A stretch of DNA of 64,000 nt from Narcine bancroftii (Eukaryota), in NCBI RefSeq assembly GCF_036971445.1, contig NC_091471.1, positions 261,082,001 through 261,146,000 of the forward strand, read 5' to 3'. The position numbers and the translations under genes were made by a program. Shown one piece after another: positions 51,441 through 63,699 of the stretch; position 1 is the stretch's first letter, and every line of letters starts with the position of its first letter. The notes under the pieces were generated by a model, which ran no database searches, had not been told where the DNA came from, and was given only the letters and a program-made list of their open reading frames with translations.

Positions 51441-53879
51441 AAAAGATTCTTCTAATTTCTTTTTTAAGTCATCTACTTCCATTTCTATGGCTGTTTCTCG
51501 TTCTTCCACCTTGTCCACTCTTTTTCCTATATCTCACATGACCATCTCTAATCTATTCATTTTTTCTTCTGTACTTTTTATTCTCCTTTTTATTTCACTA
51601 AATTCTTGTGATTGCCATTCTTTTATTGATTCCATATATTGTTTAAAAAAAATATCCATTGTCTTGCCCTTCCCTTCATCTTCCATTTCTCTGTGTTCTT
51701 CTTCTTCTTCTTCCTCTGGGTTGGTCATCTGTTGTTTCTTTGATTTCCTTTTACTCTCTTCTTTCTTGCTCTCATTATTTTCTGTGTTTTCCTCTTGTTG
51801 TTGTGTTGTGGCTGTCATTCTCAGCTGTGGAGATCGACTCCTCAGCTGGTCCCCCTCCCGTCAGTGTCTTTTCTTTTGTCTTGCGCGGTTGCGCACTTTT
51901 GCTTGGCTCCGTGAGCCATTTTTGTAGTCCCGAGCTCGGGACTTCGACTGACCTGAGGGAGCGGCTTCTCTCTCCACAGCAGGCCTCCTCGGACGGGTAA
52001 GGCCTTCACCTTCTTCTTCCGATGACTTTTCTTCTTCTCTTCTTGCCGTTGCTTTCGACTTTTCTTTCTTCGTTGCCATTTTCTTCCCACCTTTACTTTC
52101 ACTTTATTTTAATTTTCGTGTTTGTGCCTTTGCATTTTCTCTGTTTTTTTTTAAACTTTTCCGGTTAGGGCTGGAGTTCCCCAACTGGCCACTACTCCAT
52201 CACGTGACTCCTCGTCTTTCGGTCTCCTTACTTGAAGGATACACTGGCTTTGGAGGCTGGCCAAAGAAGGTTCAACTGGTTGATTCCAGAGATGAGGAGG
52301 GTTAGCCAATGTGGAGAGATTGAATTGTCTGTGATTGTTAAGTTTTTTTTTACCATTGGTGGCGGAGACAGGGGCATAGCCTCAAGATTCAGGGTGGTAG
52401 ATTTAGGATGGAGATGAGGAACTGCTTTTCCCAGAGGGTGGTAAAGCTATGGAATTCACTGCCCAATGAACCAGCAGAGGCTACCTCAGGAAATATATTT
52501 AATGTTCGATATATTTTTACATAGTAGGGGAATCTTACTTTATTAGTAAGGGTATTGGGAAAAGGCAGGTAGGTGGAGATGAGCTTATTGTACGGTGGAG
52601 CAGGCTTGATGGCGGATTACTTACTGCTGCTCTTATAAATAGGTGTTACTGTGTAAAGTCAGATTGCATATATTGATATGCACCTGGCATTAACTACCTG
52701 GAAAAAAAACATTGGGGATAAATGGCTAATTTTTCATTGACAATAACCAATGGGGTGATGCAGGGATCAATACTAGAACCTAAACTATAATCAATATTAA
52801 TGATTTGGGTTAAGAAACTAGTAGTTGTGAAAAGGACGCAAAAGGATTATAGAAGTGATAAGTGAGTGGAGAAGGCTAAGAAAACATTACAACATGGGAA
52901 AAAGTGAGATTATTTCCTGTGGAAGAAAGAATGAATAAAACATTATTTAAATAAAGTGGGCCTACAGGGGGATTTGGGAGTTCAGTTGCATGAAACTGTT
53001 GACATGTAGTTCAAGCAAATATTTAAGGAAGGTTAATAGAATGTTCACCTTTATTGCAAAGGGTATACACTGAAAGTTGGGAATGTTTGGAGCAGCTTTC
53101 CTGTGCTCTGTTCTGACCACTCCTGGGCATGCAACAAGGTTTTGATCTCTATATTTAAGGAAAGACTGTCTGCTTTGGAGCTGCGCAGGGAGGTTCAGCA
53201 ACATGGTTCACGATGAAGAGCAGTTGAGCTGAAACTACGAGCAATACCTTTGAAGAATGGGAAATTTGAGATTCTGAAGGGCAGGCAGAGCGCGAATGCT
53301 GAGGTTTCTCCCAGTGTGGGTATCTGAAATGAAGGGGAATCGTTTCCAAATAAGGGGTGTGACCAAAGTAAGATGGAGTGGAACATTTTTTTTTGTCCCA
53401 GAGGGCTTTGGCGTTTTGGAATTTTTTTTTAAACCTTCCAGAGCTCAGGAGCCAGATCCTGCTCTTGAAATTTTTAGTTCTTGGTTATTCTACTGGTTCA
53501 GCTTCTCCCCCATATAATAGATGCTGACCGAAAAGGACCTGGTATGAATGGTATAAGTGGATCCTACATGAAGGGGAGAGGATTGGAGGGGTATGGACCA
53601 GGTGCTGGTCAGTGGGACTAGGAGGGTGGGGATTTATTCCGGCATGGACTAGTAGAGCCAGACTGGCCTGTTCTGTGCTGTATCTGGTTACATATGAAGC
53701 ACACCAAGTTTCAATTCTAGTAAAGCTATTCACAAGCGGGCAGGACACCCACCCCGGCAATCTTCCCACCTTCCATGATCTGAATCTTGATCCACCGATA
53801 AGGTAACACTGAAATGCAAACTACTCACTTCAAAGACAAACAGGAACGGGCAGTGAAAGTAGTAAGATAGAATGCATTT

Positions 53880-54430
53880 TTTAAAAAATGCTCCGAGTGG
53901 GCGCTTCGCTGTGCGAGGGGCCGAACGGAGGGCAGGCGACGTTGTTGGAGAAGAAAGGCATCCGGGCCAGCACTGCTGCAGGTGCCGACGTTCAGATGAG
54001 ATTGCATGCTAGGGGAGGGGGCGGATATAAATCATTCCATCAGACATTTCCAAAGAGTTCTCTCTGATCACACCTATCCTTCATTGTCCACAAACTTGAT
54101 CATTCTTCCTGACCCTGTCGAGATTGGCTGGCCGCTCTGCCCATGCGATCACATATTGGCTGCGAAGGGGTTGGGGAGGCGGGGAAAGACGCCAGGCTTG
54201 AGTTGTTGGACCCATTCGCCCTCCGGAGCGCTATCTCACGTTGAGTATTCCTTGCTGCTTCGTCCCGACTCAATCCGGATCCTTGTCATAGGGACTGCGA
54301 ACACCTGGGACCGGCGTCGAGGCGCAGGATTCGCGTCCCTCGTCTTGAGCGCCTGTTGGTCATGGAAAGGTGAGCAAGGGGCCTGCGGGCGAGCCACAGT
54401 TATGGAAAGGGCTTGCGGGGCCACCTTACT
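53880..54430. promoter_or_regulatory. CpG island, candidate TM6SF2 promoter
   Basis: High GC and CpG; GC boxes (~54017, ~54175); two ATTGG (CCAAT) boxes at ~54123 and ~54155. Confidence 0.55.
54362..54369 (+). CDS. TM6SF2: Candidate TM6SF2 first coding exon (ATG GAA AG|gtgagc)
   Basis: Strong donor in the CpG island; phase 2 fits the exon at 59901; canonical TM1-encoding exon 1 not found by eye. Confidence 0.3.
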
Positions 54431-55489
54431 TTGGAGGTGAGGTTGCAAGAGCATGAAAGTGATTGAAGGAGATCAGCCTTCGTCCCCTACTGAGAAGAGT
54501 ACAAGTTTTCCCTCTACATTGAAAGTCAGCCCCCTGGAGCTTCAGTACCTTGAAAAGGGAGCAAAGAAGAACGTGAGGCTCTCGAGTGAAAGCCATTCTG
54601 TGCCCACACACTGTCAAGGGACCCGAGATCCAAAGCTAGTGAGCGTGTCCCTGAAACGATCTCAATGAGAAGGCGCCAGGGGGGTCCCATGAGAGAAGCA
54701 CACCCGAGTTCCAGGGACTGAGATGATCTCGAGGGTCAACCACGATCTAATTGAATGGGGAAGCGGGCTGAGGAATGTGTGTTCTTGTGGAAACCAGAAC
54801 CAGAGGCCTTCAGTTTTAGCCAGTCACCAATAAATCCAAGAGGGGATTCAGGAGGAAGAAATGGGAATGAGCAATCACACGAGGAGAACTGGATGAATGA
54901 CTGAAGGAGAAAGGGATGGAGGAGGTCGAGCAGATCACAGGGGAGGGGGGTGAGGGGGCGGGGGGGGGGGATAGGTAGTGTGTGCTAATGTTTGTATTGA
55001 TTTCTTTCCTGAACACTCCTGACGGGCCAGATTCATTTAGCACCAGGTTCTGCAATGTTATCTCCAATATTTGCACCCTCTTTTGCTCTTTGCTCTGTGA
55101 TGTCACTTTCAGTCTTTGCTCTCTTGTTATCTGTGTTGAGTTTGACCCTTTAGCTCTGACTTGTAGTTTTCTTGTTGGTCACAGGTGTATCATTGTCTGG
55201 ATATTGAACCCAGGTCAAGTGAGGTAATCTTGGGGGGATTGTTGCCATCACAGGGAAGGAGCTGAGAGTTTACTTTCTTTCATGTTTTGGTCAACAGTCA
55301 GAAGCTGCAGTAATGAATGTGTTCACGTCCATGAAATGATGAAGATGCTTCTTGAGTCTCTATAGAACATTACAGCACAGTACAGGCCCTTCAGCCCTCA
55401 ATGTTGTGCCAACCTATATATTCCTACCAAAAAAAATGAAATCCTTTCTATCTCATAACGCTCTATTTTTCTTTAATTCATATGTCTTT

Positions 55490-55835
55490 CTTTCTTTGGT
55501 TTGGCTTCGCGGACGAAGATTTATGGAGGGGTAATGTCCACGTCAGCTGCAGGCTCGTTTGTGGCTGACAAGTCCGATGCGGGACAGGCAGACACGGTTG
55601 CAAGGGAAAATTGGTTGGTTGGGGCTGGGTGTTGGGTTTTTCCTCCTTTGTCTTTTGTATGTGAGGTGGGCTCTGCGGCCTTCTTCAAAGGAGGTTGCTG
55701 CCCACCGAACTGTGAGGCGCCAAGATGCACGGTTTGAGGCGATATCAGCCCACTGGCAGTGGTCAATGTGGCAGGCACCAAGAGATTTCTTTAGGCAGTC
55801 CTTGTACCTCTTCTTTGGTGCACCTCTGTCTCGGT
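55490..55835 (-). mobile_element. Short 3' RTE-clade LINE copy
   Basis: HRDRGAPKKRYKDCLKKSL...SHKRACS. Confidence 0.88.
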
Positions 55836-56870
55836 GAAATCTGACGTCCTCCATCATGCCTATTTAAGAGCCTCTTAAGTGCCCCATATGTTTCAATTTC
55901 CACCACCATCCCTGTAAGGCATTCCAGGAACCCACCACTCTCTCTGTATTTTTTTAAAATAAAAACATACACCTGATGTCTCCCCTAAACTTTCCTCATT
56001 CATTCTGTTGAGATGTCTCCTGGTGTTTGCTATTCCTGCCCTGGGAAAAAGGTGCTGGCTGTCCATCTTATTTATGCCTCTCAGAATCTTGTAGACTGCT
56101 ATTAAGTCTCATCTCATCCTTCTTCACTCCAAAGAGAAAATTCACAGCTCTGCTAACCTTGCCTCATAAGACTTATTTTCCAATTCAGCCAACATCCCAG
56201 TAAATCTCCTCTGCACCTCTCCATAGCTTCCACTTCCTTCTTATAATGAGGTGACCAGAAATGAAATCTCACCAGAGATTTGTAGAGTTGCAACATGACC
56301 TGTTGACTCTTGAACTCAATCCCCCTATTAATGAAGCCCAGCATCCCATAATAAGGCCTTCTTAACTATCCTATCAACCTGCATGGCAACCTTGAGAGAT
56401 GTATGAATTTAACCCCAAGGACCCTCTGTTTCTCCACACTTTTAAGTATCCAACCATTAACCCTGTACTCAGCTTTCTAGTTTGACCTTCCAAAATGCAT
56501 CACCTCACACTTATTCAGATTAAACTCCATCTACCACTTTTCCATTCAATTCTGCATCTTGCCTATATCCATTTGTAACCAAAGTAACCTTCAGTTTCAT
56601 CCACAACTCCTCCAACCTTTGTATCATCCACAAACTTGCTTGCATACCAATTCTTCTGCTTTTAATCCAGGTAATTTATTAAAATTCACAAAGAACAGGG
56701 TCTTGAAGAACTCCAATCAGCACTGACCTCCAGGGAGAATACTTTTTGTCAACTACTACTCTCTGCTTTCTACAATGAAGCCAATTTTTAAAATCCATAC
56801 AGTCAAGGTTCTATGAATCCTTGCCTCGTGACTTTCTGAATGAGTCAAATGCCTTACTAAAATCCATATA

Positions 56871-57161
56871 TAGGTAGTCCCTGATTTACAACCTATGCTA
56901 CTTACATACGATAGAATTTTTTTTAAACAAAAGAAGAATATAATATATATAAATTGCAATTTTGGAGTGAAAGTAGGGGCCTATCTATGGAAAGTAGTGC
57001 CTATGGCAGGGGTGGCCAACCTCTTGCAAGAGATAGCCTTGGTGGCTGCCATGTTGTATTTGACGATCAATAAAATGGATCCAGTGACTTTCCGACGCGT
57101 CCATTTTGAGAATTGACTGGTTGGTCAGAACGGAACACAGTCATGAGTTGAGGACTACCTG
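56871..57161. mobile_element. Tc1/mariner (Tigger-like) MITE
   Basis: TIRs taggtagtcc / ggactacctg with TA flanks, inserted in CR1. Confidence 0.65.
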
Positions 57162-57859
57162 TAGACCACATCTACTACCCTACCTTAATCAATGTCTTTT
57201 GTTGCCTCCTCAAAAAAATCGATTTGGCTTGCAAGGCATGACCTTCCCTTCACAGAGCCATGCTGACGATTCTTGAGTAGACTGTACTTCTGTAAATGCT
57301 CACAAATCCTATCCCTAAGAATCCTCTCCAATAGTTTGCACACCACTGACGCAAGACTCATCGGTCTATAATTCCCAGGATTCTCCCTATTAGCTTTTTT
57401 AAACAAGGGGACCACATTTGCCATTCTCCAAACCTCTGGCACCTCTGCTGTGGCCAAGGAAGACTCAAAGGTCATAGCTAATGCTCCAGCTATCTCTCCC
57501 CTCCTCCTTTTGCTTTTGCTGATTGCTGTATCAATTTTAATTTTGATTGGATATTTAAAAACTTTAATGGGTAGCATATTGAGCCCATATGCCAGCATTC
57601 CTGTCACCTCTTTTCATCTTGCTTCCATTCATCCAGTCCCCCTTTGAAGTCACCTTTATTAGTTGCTTCAACTGGGTCCTTGATCTAGTTTCCTTCACAA
57701 CATAGAAACATTTTTTTTTAAAGTACGGGGCGGGGGGGTGGGGGTGGAAGGTGGAATCAGATGCGGCTCCTTGAGCCTGTTCTACCATTCAATACGATCA
57801 ACAAATGAAGCATTCCATGGATTTGTTATAAGTGATCCACAGCAATGTGAAACAGATAA

Positions 57860-58555
57860 GAAGCGTAAAATCCATTTATTCGCTGATGATGTGTTAGTAT
57901 ATTTGACTGACCCAGGGGTGGGGGGGCATTGGCCAGGCTGAGGACCACACTGGAGGATTATGGCAAGATCTCTCAGTATAAAATAAATTTGGATAAGAGT
58001 GAAATTATGCCCGACAAAAGGATATTACAGACAATACCAACAAGGAGTCAATTTAAGTGACTGCAAGAGGGCATTAAGTATTTGGGGATAAGAGTAGATA
58101 AGGATTGTGCAAATGAAAGTGATGCCAAGAAAATATCTATTTCAGACCTTGCACATTCCATTTCCCCAGGGCTTCTTTAAGGTCCTCAAAAGATGTGTCA
58201 GAAAGTTCCTATGGAACGGTAAGGTGGCCAGAACCTCCATGGAAAAGTTGACGTGGGATTATATATTGGGAGGTCTGAAATTGCTGGATTAAAAAAAAAT
58301 ACTGTTGGGTGGCCCAGTCGAGGTTTAACGCTTCACTCTTTGAGGGAGGTGGTTACCCCCTCATGGGCACAAATTTGACGACATACAGTAGGAGAAGAGA
58401 TAGTAGGAGAGTTTATATATAAATGGGACATCAAATTGATATCAGAGAAAACATAACCCCATATTAAAACATATAATTCAGACTTGGCAAAGCATAAATC
58501 AATGTGTTGGACTAAAGGCGGGGATATCTCCTAAAACACCCTTTACAAAACATTC
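57860..58555 (+). mobile_element. Degenerate L1-like ORF2 fragment
   Basis: KIHLFADDVLVYLTDP; YLFQTL...KFLWNGK...GGLKL. Confidence 0.6.
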
Positions 58556-59605
58556 ATACAGATGAATAATACATGTGCAGGACAAGTATTATACCTATAA
58601 AAATAAATAAATCTTGCTTTGTCCAAAACAGTCGCAAATGTTTAGCGTGAGTAGTTCTCTCAGTTCGTGGGAAGAAGGGAGGGACGTGGAGGGACACAAA
58701 TGCTTGCAAAATTATAGAAGTTGACTCTAACTGTTGCTAGCGCAGTTGGAAGTTGTCCACTTGCATGTCGACAGCAACTCACCTTAAAGATGTACCAGGG
58801 GTGTAGGTTAATTGGATGTGAATTGGGCAGCATTAGATATGTGGTCAAACCGGCCTGTTACCGTGCTGCAAGTCTAAATTTAAATTTAAATAAACATTTC
58901 AACCCACTTAAGACTGAAAAGTAAAGGAAAGTGTGTGTATGTGTGAAATTTAAAAATGGATAGCAATACACCATTGTAGTTAACCAATGAGGGAAGTGTG
59001 TGTACATTAATAGAGCTTGTAAATGTGACTGTATTTTATACACCGAAGTACTAATCTCTGTAACATTACTGATGGGAGGTTGGAGGTTTGGACAAGTGCA
59101 CCGGATGATGAGATTCAGCGTGCTGTTGGGGATTAGAGGCAACGTGACCACGGATGAACAATGTTGTGGTGAAACCATCTCCGATTCTGATTATGTGGCT
59201 GAAATAGGCTGTCAAAGCCAAGAGAGCATGTTTTCCTATGCTTTCCCACCCCTTCATTTGATTAATTGAAAAAAGTAAAACACGAAAGTCTGCAGACACC
59301 GTGGTTGAAGTAAAAACACGACGCTGGAGAAACTCAGCAGGTCAAACTGCGTACTTGTATAGCAAAAATAAAAAATAGATAATCGACGTTTTGGGCTTGA
59401 GCCCTTCATCGAGGGATGGGGAAAAAAATGATTATGTGATTAATTGATGGAAGGAAATCTGTGATTCTTGCCCGATCTGGCTTATAGGTGGCTTCAGACA
59501 TACCCATGTGGATTATTCATAGCTGTCTCCTCAGTTCAGCGACAATTGATTGTGACGAGGACAAAGCCACTAAAATAGGAATGATTGGAAAACCGAATTC
59601 CTATA

Positions 59606-59867
59606 CAGGGGCTCCTCTACTTACGATGGGGCTTGTGTTCTGATTAAATCTATTGTGTCAAAAAAGAATGCCACACCCACTGAATATCATAGCTTAGCCT
59701 ACCTTAAATGTGCTCAGACAACTTATAGCTGGGAAAATTTATCTAAAACAAAGCCTATTATAGATTTAGATGTTGAATACCTTTTATTCCTCACCGGAAA
59801 AAAAAAACAATTTTTAATCATAAATCATACCATTGTAACTTTGAAAAATCATGTAGAGGAACACCAG
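59606..59867. mobile_element. Tigger3/Golem-like MITE
   Basis: TA-flanked imperfect TIRs caggggctcctctac / gtagaggaacaccag; internal catagcttagcctaccttaaa.gtgctcaga resembles the recalled MER7A/Tigger3a consensus. Confidence 0.6.
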
Positions 59868-59900
59868 TATAGACTAATGATTCTTCCTTCTCTTTCAAAG

Positions 59901-59998
59901 TCTCATGATGGTCTTTGGTGCTGGTGTTCTCATACCAGTGCTGGTCATGCTGTACATTTTGATTGGACGAAGTCGTCCCAAAGACCCTCTGTTTTATG
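59901..59998 (+). CDS. TM6SF2: TM6SF2 exon 2
   Basis: tctttcaaag|..LMMVFGAGVLIPVLVMLYILIGRSRPKDPLFY G|gtaagg. Confidence 0.8.
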
Positions 59999-60518
59999 GT
60001 AAGGTATCCAAGGTCTTCCAGCTTCAGAAGAATCGCTCTTAACATTTGTACATAATTTGGGGGGGGGGGGGTGGGAGTCACCAGATATTTCTTTCACACC
60101 CATGTAGAACTGAATCTACATCAACCGCATCATCAAGTCCCATGAGGGGCCATTGATCGATGAGTTGCCATGGCTAGGAGCATTGACAAACAGTAAATCC
60201 TGGCTGGTGGATCAGTCAAAGTCATGCTCATCAAATTCCATGATGTCCTGGGAATGACAGGATGTTGGAGCAGATGGGGATGGTTACAGGGGATATGACA
60301 ACCAGAGGGATGACTGGAAGGAAGGTTGCAACAGGGGAAGAGCATGTGATGATGGGGAGGAGGGTTGAAATGAAGATGGTTGTCATGGGAAAGGCTGTGG
60401 TATGATGGGAGAGTGGCTATGAGAATGAGGAGTTGTAGTAATGGGAAGAGAGTCATCGAGAAGGAATAGGGAAGAAATGATGGTGGGTTATTGAGTAATC
60501 TCTTGAATTTTGTTACAG

Positions 60519-60616
60519 TTTTTGGTGTGTTCTCGTTCACAAGTGTCATTGATTTGGTTATCTCTCTGGAGCAGGATGGTTACATCAAAGGATTCATGGA
60601 ATTTTACATGAAAGAG
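60519..60616 (+). CDS. TM6SF2: TM6SF2 exon 3
   Basis: [33 protein letters not shown]|gtgggt; TM6SF EXPERA region, GFMEFY as in TM6SF2; synteny with SUGP1. Confidence 0.88.
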
Positions 60617-61040
60617 GTGGGTTCTAAACATTTTCCTTGTGTCCAGGGAGGATTTTCCATCACATTTAGTCCATATCCTGCAGGCTTCAGCCCATTCCTC
60701 TGCCATTTCCATTAGTCTTCCACAGAAAGACTTTGATACCTTGTCCCTACACTTCACTTTCAGCCTTAATCCAGGTCAATCTTCCCAGTGCAGTATTGAG
60801 GAGGTACAGTATTGTCACTGTATTTCAGAGGAGACATTAAACCAAGGCTGCCTCAAGTGGTTGAACAAAGGATGGGAGTTGTTACGCTAGACAACAAATT
60901 TTTTTCCAAAGCTTTGTTTCCTGATAAAAAGGGGTTTATGGCAGACAACTACAAGTTGAACACAAAGGTCATTTCAGATTCGCTGTATCACTTAGGAAGT
61001 TGGAGAAGCATTAAATGAACTTTAATTTAATTTAGCATGT

Positions 61041-61290
61041 TTAATTGCCTAATGTACCACTAAGCCAAGCTCTCTGGTTGACTATACATGTCGCACAACA
61101 AATGTGAGGAACCCAGAGTTTGTCTTGGTCACCAATTTTACAACTGAAGTAGAACTCATAGGCTTTTAAAATAAGTGCAGTCATGCTGTGTCTTTGAGCC
61201 TTAAGCGTATACTCACCACAAATGTAACAGAATGTTCCGCAGCTGTTTGCAACATTGTCTGCTGTATTGAATCTTCTGGAAGACAATAAA
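61041..61290 (-). mobile_element. Chapaev3-like transposase N-terminal fragment
   Basis: FCYICGEYT...KAYEFYFSCKIGDQDKLWVPHICCATC. Confidence 0.7.
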
Positions 61291-62489
61291 TGCTATTGGT
61301 CAGTACACTCACTATGCTATTGCCTGAAGAACATGTGCATCAAGGTGCGTTCAATCAATATCAATGTAATGCACAGTGTCTGTGTATGTGATCTGCCTTT
61401 ATAGGTTGTCTGCAGCTATTGTTCTAAAGCATGCCCAGGCCTAAGAAAACATTTACATAGCACCTGCACTGAGTGAATGCCCAAGCTTGCTTGCACAGAA
61501 CCCCATTGACTCCATCTTGATGTGATGGAGAATTGCTATCATGGAGAAGGCAGTGGAGCATCTAATCTGAGAAGGTCAGAGGTGAATTGTCAGTAATGAG
61601 GCCGTAGGAAGTTTTAGATAGTTCTATGGTTGATGTGGAATTTCAGCAAGGATGGCGTGAATGTCAGAGATACACAAGGGACTAGATTCTTCTGCTCTCC
61701 CTCTCCCCCCACCCCCCTGAGCCCCATCCTTCCTTAGTTCCATGTGCTCTCTCTTGTATCACCATTGTCACCTATGATCCCAGCACTGGCAACCTTCTAA
61801 TCACCTATTCCACTCTGTATAACTTGCCTTCCTCCTCCTGACCCCTTTAATTTCCTTACCTCTATCTCTCTCTCTTAACCCCCCCCCCCCACTTTTACTG
61901 GCATCTGCCAATCAAATGCCTCTGTCTGACCTGCTTCACCTCTCCCTGGTTCACCAACCCCTGTCCCGCCTCTCCTACCCAGTTCTCTTGCCACTGGCTT
62001 CTCTTCTTCATCATTCCCAGTATTGATGAAGAGTTGCAGCCTGAAATGTCAACCATTGTTTTACTCCCACTGATGCTGCTTGACCCACATGAGTTCCTCC
62101 AGCAGGTTGTGTTTGGCATGGATGTCATTGTATTCAGGATCATGATGCCTGTTTCTGGAGTGCAGTGTGCTGCCTTCTGTTCTCCTTTGAGCTCACCTCC
62201 AGTGAGCTTGCACTTTAAGGAAAGAATGAACCATATGAATTTGAACTCACTAAAGAATAGGGATCACTTGGATGTTGAGGGGTTCTTCGCTTTCCCAGTG
62301 TGCAAAGAACTTCTGGAAAGAGTAGTTGGTAGCTGCTGTCTGCCTTCCTGACAATGTCAGAGATCGCATCGACTGGCAGCTCTCTGCACTGACGATGTGT
62401 TTCTTGGACTGGTTTGTATGGCTTGAGGAGAATGTAGAATTTTCACTTTTTGCTGCAGGTTTGCTTTGCCTCTCTCTCCCCCCATAGAT

Positions 62490-63040
62490 CAAGTCATCAC
62501 CTTTATTTATCGTTCATACCATGCTCGGGCGGTAAAGACAAGATGACGTTTCTCCAGGACAACAGAGCATATTTACATAAATATAAGTTAGAATAAAATA
62601 TTAAGATGTATACAGTAAAAGTCCATGGTTCACTATCCATATATGTTCTGGGAGTACAGGGGCCTGATGGCTTGGGGGAAAAAACTGCTGCCCAATCTGG
62701 ATGTTAGGGCCCGAGTGCTGCGGTACCTCCTACCGGATGGTAGAAAGGGACAACAGTTTATGTGAGGGGTGTGTGGAGTCCTTCACAACGTTTATTGCAT
62801 TTTGCCTGCATTGAGTGTGGTAGACGTCCTTCATGGTAGGAAGAGAGCCCCCCCAGTGATCTTTTCTGCTGATCTCACTTTCCTCTCCAGGGTCTTGCGG
62901 TCCAAGGTGGTACAACTTCCAAACCAGGCGGTGATGCATTTGTACAAGATCCTCTGAATACATCCTCTGTAGAATGTAGTGAAGATGGAGGGTGAGAGAT
63001 TAACTTACCTCAGCCTTCACAGGAAATAGAGGCACTGTGT
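62490..63040 (-). mobile_element. Degenerate Rex1/Babar-like LINE 3' end
   Basis: LPTMKDVYHTQCRQNAINVVKDSTHPSHKLLSL. Confidence 0.6.
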
Positions 63041-63267
63041 AATAGATTATGGGGGAATGGAGAGAAGTGGGTGGATGATGTGGAGAAGGGGCATCTCAAC
63101 CACCGTGGTGTGGAGCAAGCTTGATGCACCATCAAGCAAGCCTCTTAATGCCTGCCTGTGCAGGGCAGTTCCTGTACACGGTGGTAAGGGACACAGGCGA
63201 TGTGGATAAGGACAGACTTCAGAGGCAGGGTGTTCTGGCCAGTACTGATTGTACGTTCCCTTCACAG

Positions 63268-63371
63268 GGGCAGCCTTATCTCCGCAGTGCCCATGGAATT
63301 CTGATCTGTTACTGGGATGGCACAGTCCATTACATGCTCTACCTGACCATGATAGCTGCAATAACACTTGG
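63268..63371 (+). CDS. TM6SF2: TM6SF2 exon 4
   Basis: GQPYLRSAHGILICYWDGTVHYMLYLTMIAAITL GG|gtaaga. Confidence 0.9.
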
Positions 63372-63616
63372 GTAAGACACCAAATAGCAGCACACGTCAA
63401 CCATTGTTCATACATCCACAATCGGTGCAGTGAACTGGGTGTGGAGGCCATCTCAGGAGGGGGGCGTTTGTCCTTGGAAAGGTGGAGAATAGGATCACCA
63501 AAATTATATTGGGGATGAAAGGATGAGGAGAATGGGGTTTGCATTGAATCTGAAGCATGCATTGTAATAAGGATGGGAAGCGTACACGATAACCAAGCCC
63601 TGTGGTTTCCCCCCAG

Positions 63617-63699
63617 GAGGAATTATCGAACTATCGGGCTGTTTTGGCTGGGTTCCCTTGTGATGAGTCTCATCACCCTCTTACTTGGGACTTTTGTGG
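63617..63699 (+). CDS. TM6SF2: TM6SF2 exon 5
   Basis: RNYRTIGLFWLGSLVMSLITLLLGTFV G|gtgagt. Confidence 0.88.

Larger units (their letters stand above)
43048..52216 (-). mobile_element. Full-length L1/Tx1-like LINE (5'UTR, ORF1, ORF2 EN-RT, decayed) with 17-bp TSD, hosting three nested insertions
   Basis: ORF1 ENYNRRNNIKIVGL...MEIERAQR...PRSILVKFLRY; EN GGDFN...SRIDLFL...SDHSP; C-terminal HAIWTC; TSD tttcggtctccttactt at 43031-43047 and 52217-52233. Confidence 0.9.
55360..57500 (-). mobile_element. Degenerate CR1 LINE interrupted by an RTE copy and a MITE
   Basis: WRMANVVPLFKK..RENPGNYRPMSLASVVCKLLERI; MLGFINRGIEFKS. Confidence 0.7.

Noticed and set aside
57450-57647. Hydrophobic ORF with SIPVT as TM6SF2 exon 1
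   Set aside because: Begins in antisense CR1 sequence; no phase-2 donor found
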